The notes: generated from the letters alone by a model not told the origin. Shown: positions 35,975 to 46,435, numbered from the stretch's first letter. The stretch: DNA of 64,000 nucleotides from Myxococcota bacterium (GCA_965140415.1 OZ223209.1:2080001-2144000), one strand, 5' to 3'. Translations and numbers: made by a program.

Positions 35975-37507
35975 ATGATGAGGGAACTACTTTTCGTCGG
36001 TCGATGGCTACCTGTCCTTGTGATTGGAGTGCTTTGCTGGTCGGTTGCCGGGTGTCATAATGAGTGTGAACTCGTTCCGATCGGCACGATGGTCGATGGC
36101 GATACCGGGCAGGGCGATCCGGACCAGAATACGACTACCGATGGCGATATTTTCATTCCCCCGGCAGATCAAGACGACGATTCGGATATGACGGATGCGG
36201 ATGTCGATGCGGATGATGTGGAATCCGATGGCGATTCGGATGCACAACCGGACGGCGACGTGGATGGCGACTGGGACTACGATTATGCCGATTTTCAACC
36301 GGACGGGGATCTGGATTGGGCCGATGGAGATGTTGTGGAGGATGATCGTCCCCCCGAAGAGAAGATTCTGCCTTTCGATGACAGGGAATTGCTGGAAGTA
36401 AGCCCGAATGGTTTTTGGGAATACACGATGGAAAACGGCAATGCGGTGGCCACGTTGCGAAAAAACTTGGAAGATGAGCAACCGCTGTTTACGAATGAAG
36501 GATTGGACTACACTTCGAATCCACCGATAGAACCTTCCATGATCCACATTTCCGATCGTCTGGCCTGGGCGGTCTATCGGCCTTTCAATGCCGATGGCCG
36601 GGTGCCGGAAGGCGATCAGGTCATTATTCGCAAGGAGCGACCGGGAGCGGAAATCGGGACGGCAACCATTACCTACCATACGGTTGAACTCCCGGCTACG
36701 GGAAAGGGGCGTTTGGTCCAGGTTGGAGTGCTGCCCACTCAGGAAATTTCCGATACCTCGCATGTGGAATTTTTAGCGGCGTATATCTGGGAAACCACAA
36801 GCAGCAGCGCGTTTCTCATGGTCTATAAATATCGTGCGAGGTTATTATCGCAAAGCGTATCTATTACTCAGGTCGGAACGGAAGATTACGTCCGCTTGCC
36901 TAGTGGCTATCGCGACCGCACGCGCATGCGTATTCTGTCCTCGGCAACCGGTATCTGGATCAATGCCGGCAACGGGGTACATAATTTCACCAATTCCGGA
37001 GTGTATGTAGCCAGTTATCCTTTGCAATACGGTGAAGGCGATTACGAGCGTTTCGATGTCGTCGATTTCGCGTTGTCGCCCGATGGAGATATGCTGTCGG
37101 TTATTGCCAGTATCAAGTTGCGTAATCAGGAAAGGGAAACCGTTTGGCTGATTCACGAAATCGACGATCTTGCGGTGGAAGATCCTGTGGTGCTGGTCAA
37201 AGAGTTCAGCTTTGAGTATGAATTCGATCTGTATCGGACGGTGATCAGTGCCGATGGAAAGTATGCCTTCTGCATCAACCCGGACCCGAACATATTTAAC
37301 GATTTCTACTACATGGATCTTGATAGCGTTCGAAAGCGAGTGATGGCCGTGCAGCAGAATAGCTGGGGACGTCCGGTTGCGCTGGATAACCCGTCGAGAT
37401 TGCTGCTGGCTTTGCCGGTAAGCACGGACGATTTTGTAACCATCCATAATCGCTTGACGATTCGTAACGTGAGCGAAATCGTTTCCGGTGGCCAGGGGGT
37501 CGAGTGA
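35975..37507 (+). CDS. Lipoprotein with long DGD-rich acidic linker and probable beta-propeller-like domain
   Basis: Lipobox VAGC; many DGD units; FALSPDG and ISADGKY blade-like motifs; GGAGG RBS. Confidence 0.6.
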   Translation: MMRELLFVGRWLPVLVIGVLCWSVAGCHNECELVPIGTMVDGDTGQGDPDQNTTTDGDIFIPPADQDDDSDMTDADVDADDVESDGDSDAQPDGDVDGDWDYDYADFQPDGDLDWADGDVVEDDRPPEEKILPFDDRELLEVSPNGFWEYTMENGNAVATLRKNLEDEQPLFTNEGLDYTSNPPIEPSMIHISDRLAWAVYRPFNADGRVPEGDQVIIRKERPGAEIGTATITYHTVELPATGKGRLVQVGVLPTQEISDTSHVEFLAAYIWETTSSSAFLMVYKYRARLLSQSVSITQVGTEDYVRLPSGYRDRTRMRILSSATGIWINAGNGVHNFTNSGVYVASYPLQYGEGDYERFDVVDFALSPDGDMLSVIASIKLRNQERETVWLIHEIDDLAVEDPVVLVKEFSFEYEFDLYRTVISADGKYAFCINPDPNIFNDFYYMDLDSVRKRVMAVQQNSWGRPVALDNPSRLLLALPVSTDDFVTIHNRLTIRNVSEIVSGGQGVE

Positions 37508-38283
37508 GCGATTCCCTGAAAACCGAGTCGGATATCGTTATCCGCTACGAGGGGGTGTGCAAGGCGTTCAACTCGAATGTCGTGCTCGATAACGTTTCCT
37601 GTGAAATTCATCGCAACAAGATCACGGTGATTGTCGGTCCTTCCGGCGTCGGAAAGAGCGTGTTCATCAAGCATCTGGTGGGATTGATGGAACCGGATGC
37701 CGGTGTGGTGACGGTCGATGGCGTGGATGTCACGAAACTTCGCGGCAGTGAACTTTTCAAGCTGCGGAAACGATTTGGAATGATGTTTCAGGATGGTGCG
37801 TTATTCGATTCGATGACGGTGGGAGAGAATGTCGGCTTTCCACTGGCGCGTCATACCGACTACAAACCGGATCGCATCGCTGAAATCGTGGCGGAAAAAC
37901 TGGCGGCAGTCGGTTTGCCGGGAATCGAGCACCTGTTTCCCTCCGAGCTTTCGGGAGGTATGAGAAAGCGGGTCGGGTTCGCGCGGGCCATCGTGATGGA
38001 ACCGGAGATCGTGTTATTCGACGAACCCAACAGTGGGCTCGATCCGGTTATGGCCGATGCCATCGACCGGCTGATTCTGCGTATGCAGCGCGAACTCGGG
38101 ATCACGTTCCTGGTCATTTCTCACGATATCGCAAGCACCGCCATGATTGCCGATTATGTCGGGATGCTATACGACGGGCGGCTGATTTCCTTTGGACCGC
38201 GTGAGGAGGTGATGCAGTCGGACAATCCCATACTGCAACAGTTTTTCTCCCGTTCCGCCGAAGGACCGATTCGCGTCGTGTGA
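37504..38283 (+). CDS. ABC transporter ATP-binding protein, MlaF/Mkl family
   Basis: GPSGVGKS, FQDGALFDSMTV, ELSGGMRKRV, DEPNSGLDP. Confidence 0.9.
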   Translation: MSDSLKTESDIVIRYEGVCKAFNSNVVLDNVSCEIHRNKITVIVGPSGVGKSVFIKHLVGLMEPDAGVVTVDGVDVTKLRGSELFKLRKRFGMMFQDGALFDSMTVGENVGFPLARHTDYKPDRIAEIVAEKLAAVGLPGIEHLFPSELSGGMRKRVGFARAIVMEPEIVLFDEPNSGLDPVMADAIDRLILRMQRELGITFLVISHDIASTAMIADYVGMLYDGRLISFGPREEVMQSDNPILQQFFSRSAEGPIRVV

Positions 38284-38409
38284 TTTTCAGGATGTTTCAC
38301 TGTTCTCAATCAAAATGAATTTCCGCTTGCCTTGCGTGCTTTTCCGCCGTAAGGTTGGAGCCGATTTCCGATTGATTGTCTTTCATACTGCCTTATGGGG
38401 TACCATTGG

Positions 38410-39417
38410 ATGTCAAGAAGCTTCCGAAATGAAGTCCTGCTCGGGATTTTCTTTGTTTTCGTCATCGCATTGCTGATTTACATGTTTCAGGTGGTTGGCG
38501 GAAAAACCATTGCCGATCAAATCGAAATTACCGCCGATTTCGATTCCGCTGCCGGTCTGGTGCCTGAAAACTTCGTGATGGTCGCCGGGGTTCCAGTGGG
38601 TTCGATCAAACGCATCGACGTCGATTTCAACCGCGCCCGAGTTCGTATGCTGATCAACCGGGCCGCGCACATCCGGCAGGACGTTCAGGCGCGTATTCGT
38701 GCAAAGAGCCTGTTGGGTGAAAAATACGTGGAGTTGGTTCCTCAAAGCCGGGACGCGCAGGAAATGGCCGATGGTGGTCATATTCAGGCCACGAGCGTAC
38801 CGGTGGAAGTGGATGAAGTCTTCACTGCGTTGCGTCCGTTTCTGGAAAAGCTCGATCCCATGGCGCCCAAGATCGAAGGTGTGTTAACGGAGTTGGAGAC
38901 GTTGCTTGGCCAGTTGAATGAGACCGGACGTGAGAAAAAGGAAACCGTCGCACGCATTATCGAGCAGACCGACGAATTACTCTCGCAGGCCAACCAATTG
39001 GTTCGCAATAACGAAGCCAAGCTGACACGCACGATGGATCAGATGGACCGTCTGACGAACACAGCGGTTCAGCGCACACCGGCATTATTGGCAAAGGCCG
39101 ATGAAACCCTGCAACGCATCGACCGTATCGCTCAGGCGGTGCCGGTGGAAACCTTGCAGCGTGTACCCGCCACCTATGACAAGTTGGATGATGCCATCGA
39201 ACAGGTGGCCGATCTGACGGGGCGGCTGAATCGCTCCGGCGATCGCATCGAGCGCATTCTCACCAATCTGGATATTCTGTTCGGGCGTTTGCTGGCGGTG
39301 GATGAATTGGCGATAAGAAAGTTCCTTCAGCAAGAGGGCGTCAATATCAATCTCACCCAAGACGAAGCCTCAAAGAAACGTATCCGGGAGTTGGAGCAGA
39401 GCCAGTCGAAACCTTGA
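38410..39417 (+). CDS. MlaD/MCE family protein with long helical C-terminus
   Basis: N-terminal TM, FDSAAGL...V.VAGVPVG...SLLGEKYVEL. Confidence 0.88.
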   Translation: MSRSFRNEVLLGIFFVFVIALLIYMFQVVGGKTIADQIEITADFDSAAGLVPENFVMVAGVPVGSIKRIDVDFNRARVRMLINRAAHIRQDVQARIRAKSLLGEKYVELVPQSRDAQEMADGGHIQATSVPVEVDEVFTALRPFLEKLDPMAPKIEGVLTELETLLGQLNETGREKKETVARIIEQTDELLSQANQLVRNNEAKLTRTMDQMDRLTNTAVQRTPALLAKADETLQRIDRIAQAVPVETLQRVPATYDKLDDAIEQVADLTGRLNRSGDRIERILTNLDILFGRLLAVDELAIRKFLQQEGVNINLTQDEASKKRIRELEQSQSKP

Positions 39418-39469
39418 AGAACCTCACGGTGCATCATCAAGCAACCTTGTGTTCGAAATTCATAAAACT

Positions 39470-39507
39470 AAAAAACCGGGAAGCCTATGACGCTTTCCCG
39501 GTTTTTT
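39470..39507. terminator. Bidirectional intrinsic terminator
   Basis: AAAAAACCGGGAAGC...GCTTTCCCGGTTTTTT between convergent genes. Confidence 0.75.
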
Positions 39508-39527
39508 GTTGAGGTAGAATGGTTTCG

Positions 39528-41321
39528 TTATTCGATGGTCATGGCCAGTTCGGACATGGTTTTAAGTAAATCCTGCACGGCCTGCCGCTGTTCGGTGCGG
39601 ATGGAGTCTAGATCGCCCGTAACCGGAGCGTACAGGCTGACGTAGAATTTGATTTTAGGTTCCGTGCCGCTGGGACGCACCGCTACCCAGCTTTTGTGAT
39701 CCTTTTCCAATCGGAAGATCAACAGATTGCTGGCCGGACCGTCAACCGAGTCGACAATCTTTCCTGACATATCCCGGATCTGACCGTTTTCACGGTCGAT
39801 GATGGCGAGGACTTCGTGGGGGCCGATGCTTTTTGGCGGATTCTCGCGCAGGGTCGCCATGATACGCGCCATGCGCTCGCTTCCTTTCGCCCCTTCCAGG
39901 TAGATCGCCGTACCGCCATCGGCAAAATAGCCGTATTTCCGGTAGGTCTCATCCATGAAGTCGAGAACGCTTTTGCCTTGCGCTTTTTGCGTTGCAGCCA
40001 GTTCTGCAAAGACCAGGGCGCCGATTGCGCCGTCTTTGTCGCGAGTCTGCGGGCCTTTCATGAATCCGATGGATTCTTCCGAACCGAAGAGGAAGTCGTT
40101 GGGATCCGCCTGTTTTTCGATCTGTTCTGCGATCCATTTAAAGCCGACCAGCAGACTGTTATTGACTTTGAGTCCATAGCTGCGGGCGATGGTGGGCATC
40201 AACGGTGACGAAACACAGGTGCTGTAGACCGTGTGGTTGTTCTTCAGCGTTCCAGCCGCCTGCATTTGCTGGCCGATGAATTCCATCATCAGCGCTGCGC
40301 ACTGGTTACCGGAAAGAATGGTGAATTCTCCCGCCGTCCGGGACGGCACCGCCACCGCCAATCGGTCGGCATCCGGATCGGAAGCCATAACGACATCGGC
40401 TCCGATGGCTTTGGCAAGGGCGATGGAAGCATCCAGACCGGTCAGAACTTCGGGATTGGGTTGATGCTTGGGAACGTTTTTAAAGCGGCCATCCGGGTCT
40501 TTCTGGCTTTCCACCAGGTGAACGTCTTTAAAGCCTGCTCGTTGCAGGATCGGATAGACCGAATTGATGCCGGTGCCATGCAAAGGCGAGAAAACGATTT
40601 TAAGTTTCCTGTTGGATGTCAGCGCCTGGGAAATCACGGCGTCCTGATACTGGCGGTCGTGTTCCGGTCCGAGACGATGAATCAAGCCTTTGCCGCAGGC
40701 TTGCTCGTAACTCAACTCGTTGATTTCGGTGGCGTTCATGACTTCCTGGATCAATTCGCCATCCAACGGTGGAACGACCTGTCCGCCATCGCTCCAATAG
40801 GCTTTAAAGCCGTTGTCCTGCGGCGGGTTATGGCTGGCGCTGATTACGATTCCGGCATCGCATTCCAATGCTTTGATGGTGAAAGAGAGTTGGGGCGTGG
40901 AGCGGGGACCGTCGAACAAGTAGACATCGATGTCATTGCCTGCCAGCACACAGGCGGTTTTCAGCGTGAATTCAGGAGAGGTCAGCCGAGTATCGTAGCC
41001 GATGACGACTTTTGGGCGCCGATCCGTGATTTTCTTGCGCAATTTATTGGCGACTCCCTGGGCGCTTTCGGCATACGCGATTTCGTTGAGCCGATTGGAA
41101 CCCAAGCCTACTTTACCGCGTCGGCCACCGGTGCCGAAGGGGATGATCTGGTAGAAAGCGTCGTTGATTTCATCCCACATCTCTTTTTCGATCATGGACG
41201 CCAGTTCGTCGCGATAGCTGGCGTATTTCGGTTCGGTAAGCCATAAATTTACGTTTTTTTCAGCAGATTCGGATAGATTGCCCTGCAAGACAGCTTGCCG
41301 GACTCGCTCGGCTAGCGGCAT
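39528..41321 (-). CDS. Phosphoglucomutase/phosphomannomutase family protein
   Basis: FGTGGRRG, ISASHNP, DPDADR, EESIG, RPSGTEPKIKFY. Confidence 0.93.
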   Translation of the reverse strand: MPLAERVRQAVLQGNLSESAEKNVNLWLTEPKYASYRDELASMIEKEMWDEINDAFYQIIPFGTGGRRGKVGLGSNRLNEIAYAESAQGVANKLRKKITDRRPKVVIGYDTRLTSPEFTLKTACVLAGNDIDVYLFDGPRSTPQLSFTIKALECDAGIVISASHNPPQDNGFKAYWSDGGQVVPPLDGELIQEVMNATEINELSYEQACGKGLIHRLGPEHDRQYQDAVISQALTSNRKLKIVFSPLHGTGINSVYPILQRAGFKDVHLVESQKDPDGRFKNVPKHQPNPEVLTGLDASIALAKAIGADVVMASDPDADRLAVAVPSRTAGEFTILSGNQCAALMMEFIGQQMQAAGTLKNNHTVYSTCVSSPLMPTIARSYGLKVNNSLLVGFKWIAEQIEKQADPNDFLFGSEESIGFMKGPQTRDKDGAIGALVFAELAATQKAQGKSVLDFMDETYRKYGYFADGGTAIYLEGAKGSERMARIMATLRENPPKSIGPHEVLAIIDRENGQIRDMSGKIVDSVDGPASNLLIFRLEKDHKSWVAVRPSGTEPKIKFYVSLYAPVTGDLDSIRTEQRQAVQDLLKTMSELAMTIE

Positions 41322-41492
41322 ATTCGATCTCCTTTGTTTACTCGATGCATATCGGTAATACTGCACTCTCCTCTGTTCAATTACCAGACTTTGGAGGGAT
41401 TGACAACCGAAATCATTCCGTCAATCTGTTTGTTATTTGTTTGAAATCATTGATACAATTATATCAAGCGACAAGCCGCCTGAAATTTTTAC

Positions 41493-41520
41493 TTGCATTT
41501 TTCGATTCCATACGTATGAT
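41493..41520 (+). promoter_or_regulatory. Putative sigma70 promoter of the dksA-like gene
   Basis: TTGCAT-16 nt-TATGAT. Confidence 0.35.
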
Positions 41521-41606
41521 TCCGCTCCTATGTTACGTTTGGCTGTCTCTGATTGTTGACTGATAGTTGGATCGGTCAATGAGTCATGGAAAGCGGTGAG
41601 GTTAGA

Positions 41607-41981
41607 ATGGCGTTCAAGAAAAAGGAATTGCAGCACTACAAAGAACTGTTGCACGAAAAGCGCGATGAAATCTTGAAGTCGATTCAAGAACGCAAAAAGC
41701 TATCATTCCAAAGTCAAGAGCAGATGGTCGAGGAAATCGACCAGGCGAGTCAGGCAAGCGAGCAGGCTCTGCATATGCGGCTTTTAGACAAGGACTTGAA
41801 ATTGCTGCGTGAGATCGACTTGGCGCTGGCGCGTTTCGAAGACGGTTCTTACGGCTACTGCATGGGCACCGGCGAAGAAATCGAGCGCAAGCGCTTGGAG
41901 CTTCGCCCCTGGACCCGTTATTCTTTGGAGCACAAGCAGGAACTGGAACGTAAGAAGAAGTTCCAGAAAATGCTGAAATAG
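41607..41981 (+). CDS. dksA: DksA/TraR family regulator, single-cysteine variant
   Basis: EEIDQAS coiled-coil tip, IDLALAR..DGSYGYCMGTGEEI..KRL..RPW. Confidence 0.85.
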   Translation: MAFKKKELQHYKELLHEKRDEILKSIQERKKLSFQSQEQMVEEIDQASQASEQALHMRLLDKDLKLLREIDLALARFEDGSYGYCMGTGEEIERKRLELRPWTRYSLEHKQELERKKKFQKMLK

Positions 41982-42412
41982 GTTAGACCCTTTCCCTTCC
42001 GTGAATGCATGGACGGGTCTGCTCTTTACTGCTGCTTCTATCGGTTTCTATTCCATTTTGGGGACCAGTGCGCGATCAAACGGCGCTTGTTCCCGCATTT
42101 CTGCAACAAAATCATGAGGGGTTAAGTGAATTTCACCGCTTCGGTTGGAATTTTTTCTTGGTTTTCCGTGTCAATGGCATATGTGCTGGTTGTTGGACGC
42201 ACGTCGCTTTGTCTTTTGTACAGTTAAAGTATGGGACCATTAACTCTTTACAAATTCAGCGCGAAATGGTTCAATTCGTTAGAGAAACGTATTTCGTCAG
42301 TCCCAGTTGCGGGAGGGGTCAGTTTATTTCTGAGTTTAGCTCGATTCAAGTCGATTGAAACCTTTGTTTGAACATGACAAAGATAGCAACCTAAATGAAA
42401 AGGAGATGGATC

Positions 42413-43873
42413 ATGAGATTCACCCAGTTAACGGATTTTCCTTTTATTCTCAAGGGAGTAGTCGAGCTTTCGACCGATGGTCTGAAAGTTTTGGACGAAA
42501 AGCGCTTTCGAGGAGAGATCGTCGATGAATTGATTCTTTCTGCGGTATTCGGATCTTCCGAAGACGTGCGCGATGCTGCTCGCTGGATTATATGGGAAGC
42601 CGCTCACGAATTGGGCGCATTTGCCGCTTCGATCAACGACCTGTACTTTGCGCGCGGCCAGGAAAAATACAAAGACGTTTGTGTACCGGCGATCAATATT
42701 CGTGGCTTGACCTACGATACCGCTCGTATGATTTTCCGTGCCGCCGAAGACATGAACGGTGGACCGTTCATTTTCGAAATCGCGAAAAGCGAGATCGGCT
42801 ATACCATGCAGCGTCCGGCAGAATACACCGCTTGTGTATTGGCTGCTGCCATTCGGGAAGGCTACAAGGGACCGGTCTTCATTCAAGGTGACCACTTCCA
42901 GGTCAATTTGAAGAAATATCAGGAGAACCCGGATAAGGAACTGAGCGGAGTCAAGTCCATGATCGATGAGGCTCTGGCTGCCGGATTCTATAACATCGAC
43001 ATCGATACTTCGACGTTGGTGGATCTGGACAAGAAGACAATCAAGGAACAGCAGGAGTTAAATTATACCCTGTCGGCTGAATTGACCGCTTACATTCGCA
43101 AAAACGAGCCGGAAGGCGTGTGTGTATCCGTCGGTGGTGAAATCGGCGAAGTCGGCGGGAAAAACTCGACAGTCGAAGAAATGGAAGCCTATATCGGCGG
43201 ATATCTGGAAACGTTGGCCAACCTCGCTCCTGGTTCGGTTGGGATCAGCAAAATTTCCGTGCAGACTGGTACTTCCCATGGTGGTGTCCCGCTGGCAGAC
43301 GGTTCCATCGCCGAAGTCGCATTGGATTTCAATGTTCTTGAGTCCTTGGCCAAGGTTGGTCGCGATAAATTCAAGATCGGCGGCACCGTGCAGCACGGCG
43401 CCAGCACCTTGCCTGATACCGCTTTCCACAAATTCAAAGAAACTCAGGCCTGCGAAGTTCATTTGGCGACCGGCTTCCAGAATCTGGTTATGGATCACGA
43501 GCAATTTCCGACGGAACTGCGTGAGCGCATCTATGCTTGGTTGACCGTTAACTGTGCAAAGGAACGCAAAGACGGGCAGACGGAAGAGCAGTTCCTGTAT
43601 AAGTCCAGAAAGAAAGGCTTCGGTCCTTATAAATGGGAAACCTGGACGATGCCTGAAGCATCATTGGCTGCGATTCTGGATTCGCTGAAGGAAAAATTCA
43701 CCTTCCTGTTCGACCAGCTTGGAATTCGCGACAGCAAGAAACTTGCGCAGGAGTTCATTAAACCGATACGTATCAGCGGACGGATTCCGCGCGCGTTCAA
43801 GCAGTTGATCGACGATCCGAACAAGTACGGGATGCAGAGCGGTGTGGAGGAAGATGCACCGGGAGCGGATTGA
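42413..43873 (+). CDS. Class II fructose-bisphosphate aldolase family protein
   Basis: VPAINIR, QGDH, DIDTS, GGEIGEVGG, GTSHGG, VQHGAS. Confidence 0.8.
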   Translation: MRFTQLTDFPFILKGVVELSTDGLKVLDEKRFRGEIVDELILSAVFGSSEDVRDAARWIIWEAAHELGAFAASINDLYFARGQEKYKDVCVPAINIRGLTYDTARMIFRAAEDMNGGPFIFEIAKSEIGYTMQRPAEYTACVLAAAIREGYKGPVFIQGDHFQVNLKKYQENPDKELSGVKSMIDEALAAGFYNIDIDTSTLVDLDKKTIKEQQELNYTLSAELTAYIRKNEPEGVCVSVGGEIGEVGGKNSTVEEMEAYIGGYLETLANLAPGSVGISKISVQTGTSHGGVPLADGSIAEVALDFNVLESLAKVGRDKFKIGGTVQHGASTLPDTAFHKFKETQACEVHLATGFQNLVMDHEQFPTELRERIYAWLTVNCAKERKDGQTEEQFLYKSRKKGFGPYKWETWTMPEASLAAILDSLKEKFTFLFDQLGIRDSKKLAQEFIKPIRISGRIPRAFKQLIDDPNKYGMQSGVEEDAPGAD

Positions 43874-43905
43874 TCTTTTAGCTTTGGTTCCAAGTTCGTT
43901 CTATT

Positions 43906-43938
43906 ACGGCCCGCCATTCGGTGGGCCGTTTGTGTTTA
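43906..43938 (+). terminator. Intrinsic terminator
   Basis: ACGGCCCGCC-ATTC-GGTGGGCCGT then TTGTGTTT. Confidence 0.6.
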
Positions 43939-44021
43939 TGGAAGTGCAACAACGAAAACGATCGCTCGTCAAAACGGGCGGTCGTGTGAAATTCTCCATT
44001 ATTTCAAAAAGATGGAGCCGG

Positions 44022-44744
44022 TTACTCCTCTTCCTCTTTTTCCGCTTTCTCTTTCGTGTCGTCGCCTTCTTCCACGGGAAGTTGTTCCGAAGAGCGCTGT
44101 AGATACTCGAGCAGTTGCTTCCTGCTTTCCGAAGAAAGATCGAGAAAATGCAGTCCGACTCCGCTGGGAAGACCGAGTTTCTGGGCGGACAGCGGTTGCA
44201 GCATGTGAATGACGCGAGCCTTGGCGATCAGGGGCTCTTCGCTATCCGGCAGGCGCATACTGATGGATACCATTTCTCCGCGATACGGGGGAGGTAGTTC
44301 CGGCATACGGACGAATGCACCGCCAATCGACACGTTTTCCGTGAGCAACGGTCCCGCCTCCGGGTTGGAGATCAGATCGATCGGCAGCCGTAGAGGAATG
44401 CGTTTCTGGTCTTTGCGACGATTACTGTCGTATTTGACCATTTCTACCAGGCGAGCGTGATCGGGGTCCACCGCCATGTGGCGCAGCCCGTAGCGATACA
44501 GTCCTTTGGCGAGCTTGCTGCCGATCGCCGGACGCCACCAGCGAACCTCGGAGAGGTAATGGAAAACCTCTTCTTCCGGGGTGATGATGCGAATGGAAAT
44601 TTCATCTCCCATATTGAGTCGATATTTCGCCCGGATTTCCATACCCTCGTTGGACAAGTTGGTCATGAAGCCATCGACCTTCTGTCCATCGCAGCGAATG
44701 ATCGCAGCGAAGCGCCGGTTCCATCGTTGTGCACGTTCTTTCAT
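44022..44744 (-). CDS. Tandem PilZ domain protein
   Basis: Two RxxxR plus (N/D)xSxxG pairs: ERAQR/NLSNEG and RRKDQKR/NVSIGG; AAGGAG RBS. Confidence 0.8.
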   Translation of the reverse strand: MKERAQRWNRRFAAIIRCDGQKVDGFMTNLSNEGMEIRAKYRLNMGDEISIRIITPEEEVFHYLSEVRWWRPAIGSKLAKGLYRYGLRHMAVDPDHARLVEMVKYDSNRRKDQKRIPLRLPIDLISNPEAGPLLTENVSIGGAFVRMPELPPPYRGEMVSISMRLPDSEEPLIAKARVIHMLQPLSAQKLGLPSGVGLHFLDLSSESRKQLLEYLQRSSEQLPVEEGDDTKEKAEKEEEE

Positions 44745-45030
44745 TGGATAACTCCTTGCGTTTATCTGAATAGTTATTCTAACAGAAGCGCACTTTCCAC
44801 CAAAAGTTTTTTTCTGTGTTGATAAAAAATCAAAGTGAAAACCTGCTAGGAAAAGGGGGGAAAGAAGAGAATACAATCCCTTTCAAGTTGACTTTATGGT
44901 CTCAGGATTGGGGCTCTTGAAGTGGAAATGAGCGCTGGATTTTTTCGATGGAAAAAACTTGCATCCGGCGTAGAGGTATGATAGCTATGCTATCCACGTT
45001 TTCGTGATGCACGAAGTGACAAGTTGAGTT

Positions 45031-45117
45031 GCCGAAGTGGCGGAATTGGTAGACGCGCTAGGTTCAGGGTCTAGTATTCGCAAGGATGTGGGGGTTCGAG
45101 TCCCCCCTTCGGCACCA
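45031..45117 (+). tRNA. tRNA-Leu (anticodon CAG)
   Basis: Acceptor stem GCCGAAG/CTTCGGC+ACCA, D-loop GGAATTGGTAGAC, anticodon arm CTAGG-TTCAGGG-TCTAG, long variable arm, GGTTCGAGTCC. Confidence 0.97.
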
Positions 45118-45128
45118 TTGATATCATT

Positions 45129-45156
45129 AGGCTTTCCGGCTTTCGGGAAGCCTTTT
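45129..45156 (+). terminator. Terminator downstream of tRNA-Leu
   Basis: AGGCTTTCCG/CGGGAAGCCT hairpin followed by TTT. Confidence 0.65.
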
Positions 45157-45178
45157 GTAGTTTATGAAATCAGCATCC

Positions 45179-45198
45179 TGTGGCAGATTGTGGCAGAT
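45179..45198. repeat. Tandem 10-bp direct repeat TGTGGCAGAT x2, candidate integrase arm-type sites
   Basis: Exact tandem repeat between the tRNA end and the integrase stop. Confidence 0.6.
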
Positions 45199-45217
45199 TT
45201 TCGAGCTTCAGTATTTT

Positions 45218-46423
45218 TCATGCGCAAACCTGTAGAGTTAGTAGGGCCAGTTCACGCACAGACGGGTCATCATGGTCAACGAGCTTTTGAGCGAGGTCGG
45301 TAGCCTTTGGGATTAGAGGGTGATGTAAGGGTTGCACCCGAGTTCGTGCATGAACCACAGCTTTAAGATCTGCATAGACATCGATGGTCATCTGAATAGA
45401 TGAATGACCGAGGGCGGCGGATGCAAAGGCCATCCCGTGATTGATTACCCAGTGGGTGCCGCAAATATGTCGGAGGTCATGCAAACCGATTACTGGTAAT
45501 TCTTCTCGTTTGCAGGTTCTTTTAATAGCCTGATGGATGTTCCTTTGGAATGCAGGATAGATGAATTCAGTAGGATCTTTCCTCTCAAACAACTCTTTCA
45601 TCATGTTTAGTGCATCCTCAGGGACATCGGGCATGATTGGAACGATTCGTATACTACCTGCTTTGGGTGGCCCTATGTGTTCCTCAATGCCGTTTGGTCC
45701 ATCGGATATAGATTTGGCCTTGTGAACATCGACTTGCATGACATCGGGGGACAAGTTGATATCCTTGTACTGGAGGGCCATGATTTCACCACGCCTGAGG
45801 CCACAGAATGCGGCTAATAGGGCCGCTGGACGGTTATTGAGGGGTAGGGCATGGATGAGTAGCATAAGCTCATTCTGGGTCAACGTTGGGACGTTTTTCT
45901 TTACTCTCTTGTTTCTGCTATATTTGAAAGGGGACTTTGCTAAAAGCCCTTTCTTCACCGCAGCGTTCAGAATGGTACGGATAAATACAGCAGTATGGTC
46001 CCGTTGAGAAGGGGCATCGATTTCATCCAGTTCGCTTTCAATATCCTCCTGGGTTAATTTGTTTAATGGCGTATTTCGGATGTCATCACTGAATTCCCCC
46101 CAGAAATATTTTTCAATATTCCATGTTGATTTAGCGAGTCTCTTTTTTCTTTCCGGTTTGAGGTGTTCGTACCATGCCTCTAAAGTAATGCTTCGGGTAC
46201 TTACCAATGGATCATTGCTAAGGTGCTTTTCCCTGAGTAGCAAAGCAACTTCGTACGAAAGCTCGATATCCGTGCCTAGGGTTTTCCTAATACGTTTACC
46301 CCGTTTTGACAGGGCAAACTGAAATCTTCCCGAATCAAGACGATACTCAATACGAGCTGGGTTTAAGCGGCGATTCATTTGTTCCAATCGCCGTTGCTTT
46401 GACTTGGGAAGTTCGGATGCCAT
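45218..46423 (-). CDS. Tyrosine recombinase (integrase)
   Basis: Catalytic set GLRRGEI, PKAG, LHDLRH, LGHS, VYA; adjacent to the tRNA. Confidence 0.93.
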   Translation of the reverse strand: MASELPKSKQRRLEQMNRRLNPARIEYRLDSGRFQFALSKRGKRIRKTLGTDIELSYEVALLLREKHLSNDPLVSTRSITLEAWYEHLKPERKKRLAKSTWNIEKYFWGEFSDDIRNTPLNKLTQEDIESELDEIDAPSQRDHTAVFIRTILNAAVKKGLLAKSPFKYSRNKRVKKNVPTLTQNELMLLIHALPLNNRPAALLAAFCGLRRGEIMALQYKDINLSPDVMQVDVHKAKSISDGPNGIEEHIGPPKAGSIRIVPIMPDVPEDALNMMKELFERKDPTEFIYPAFQRNIHQAIKRTCKREELPVIGLHDLRHICGTHWVINHGMAFASAALGHSSIQMTIDVYADLKAVVHARTRVQPLHHPLIPKATDLAQKLVDHDDPSVRELALLTLQVCA

Positions 46424-46435
46424 TACAAAATGTTC

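Noticed and set aside
45037-45303. 88-aa [16 protein letters not shown]
   Set aside because: Translation of the tRNA-Leu gene, a common false ORF.
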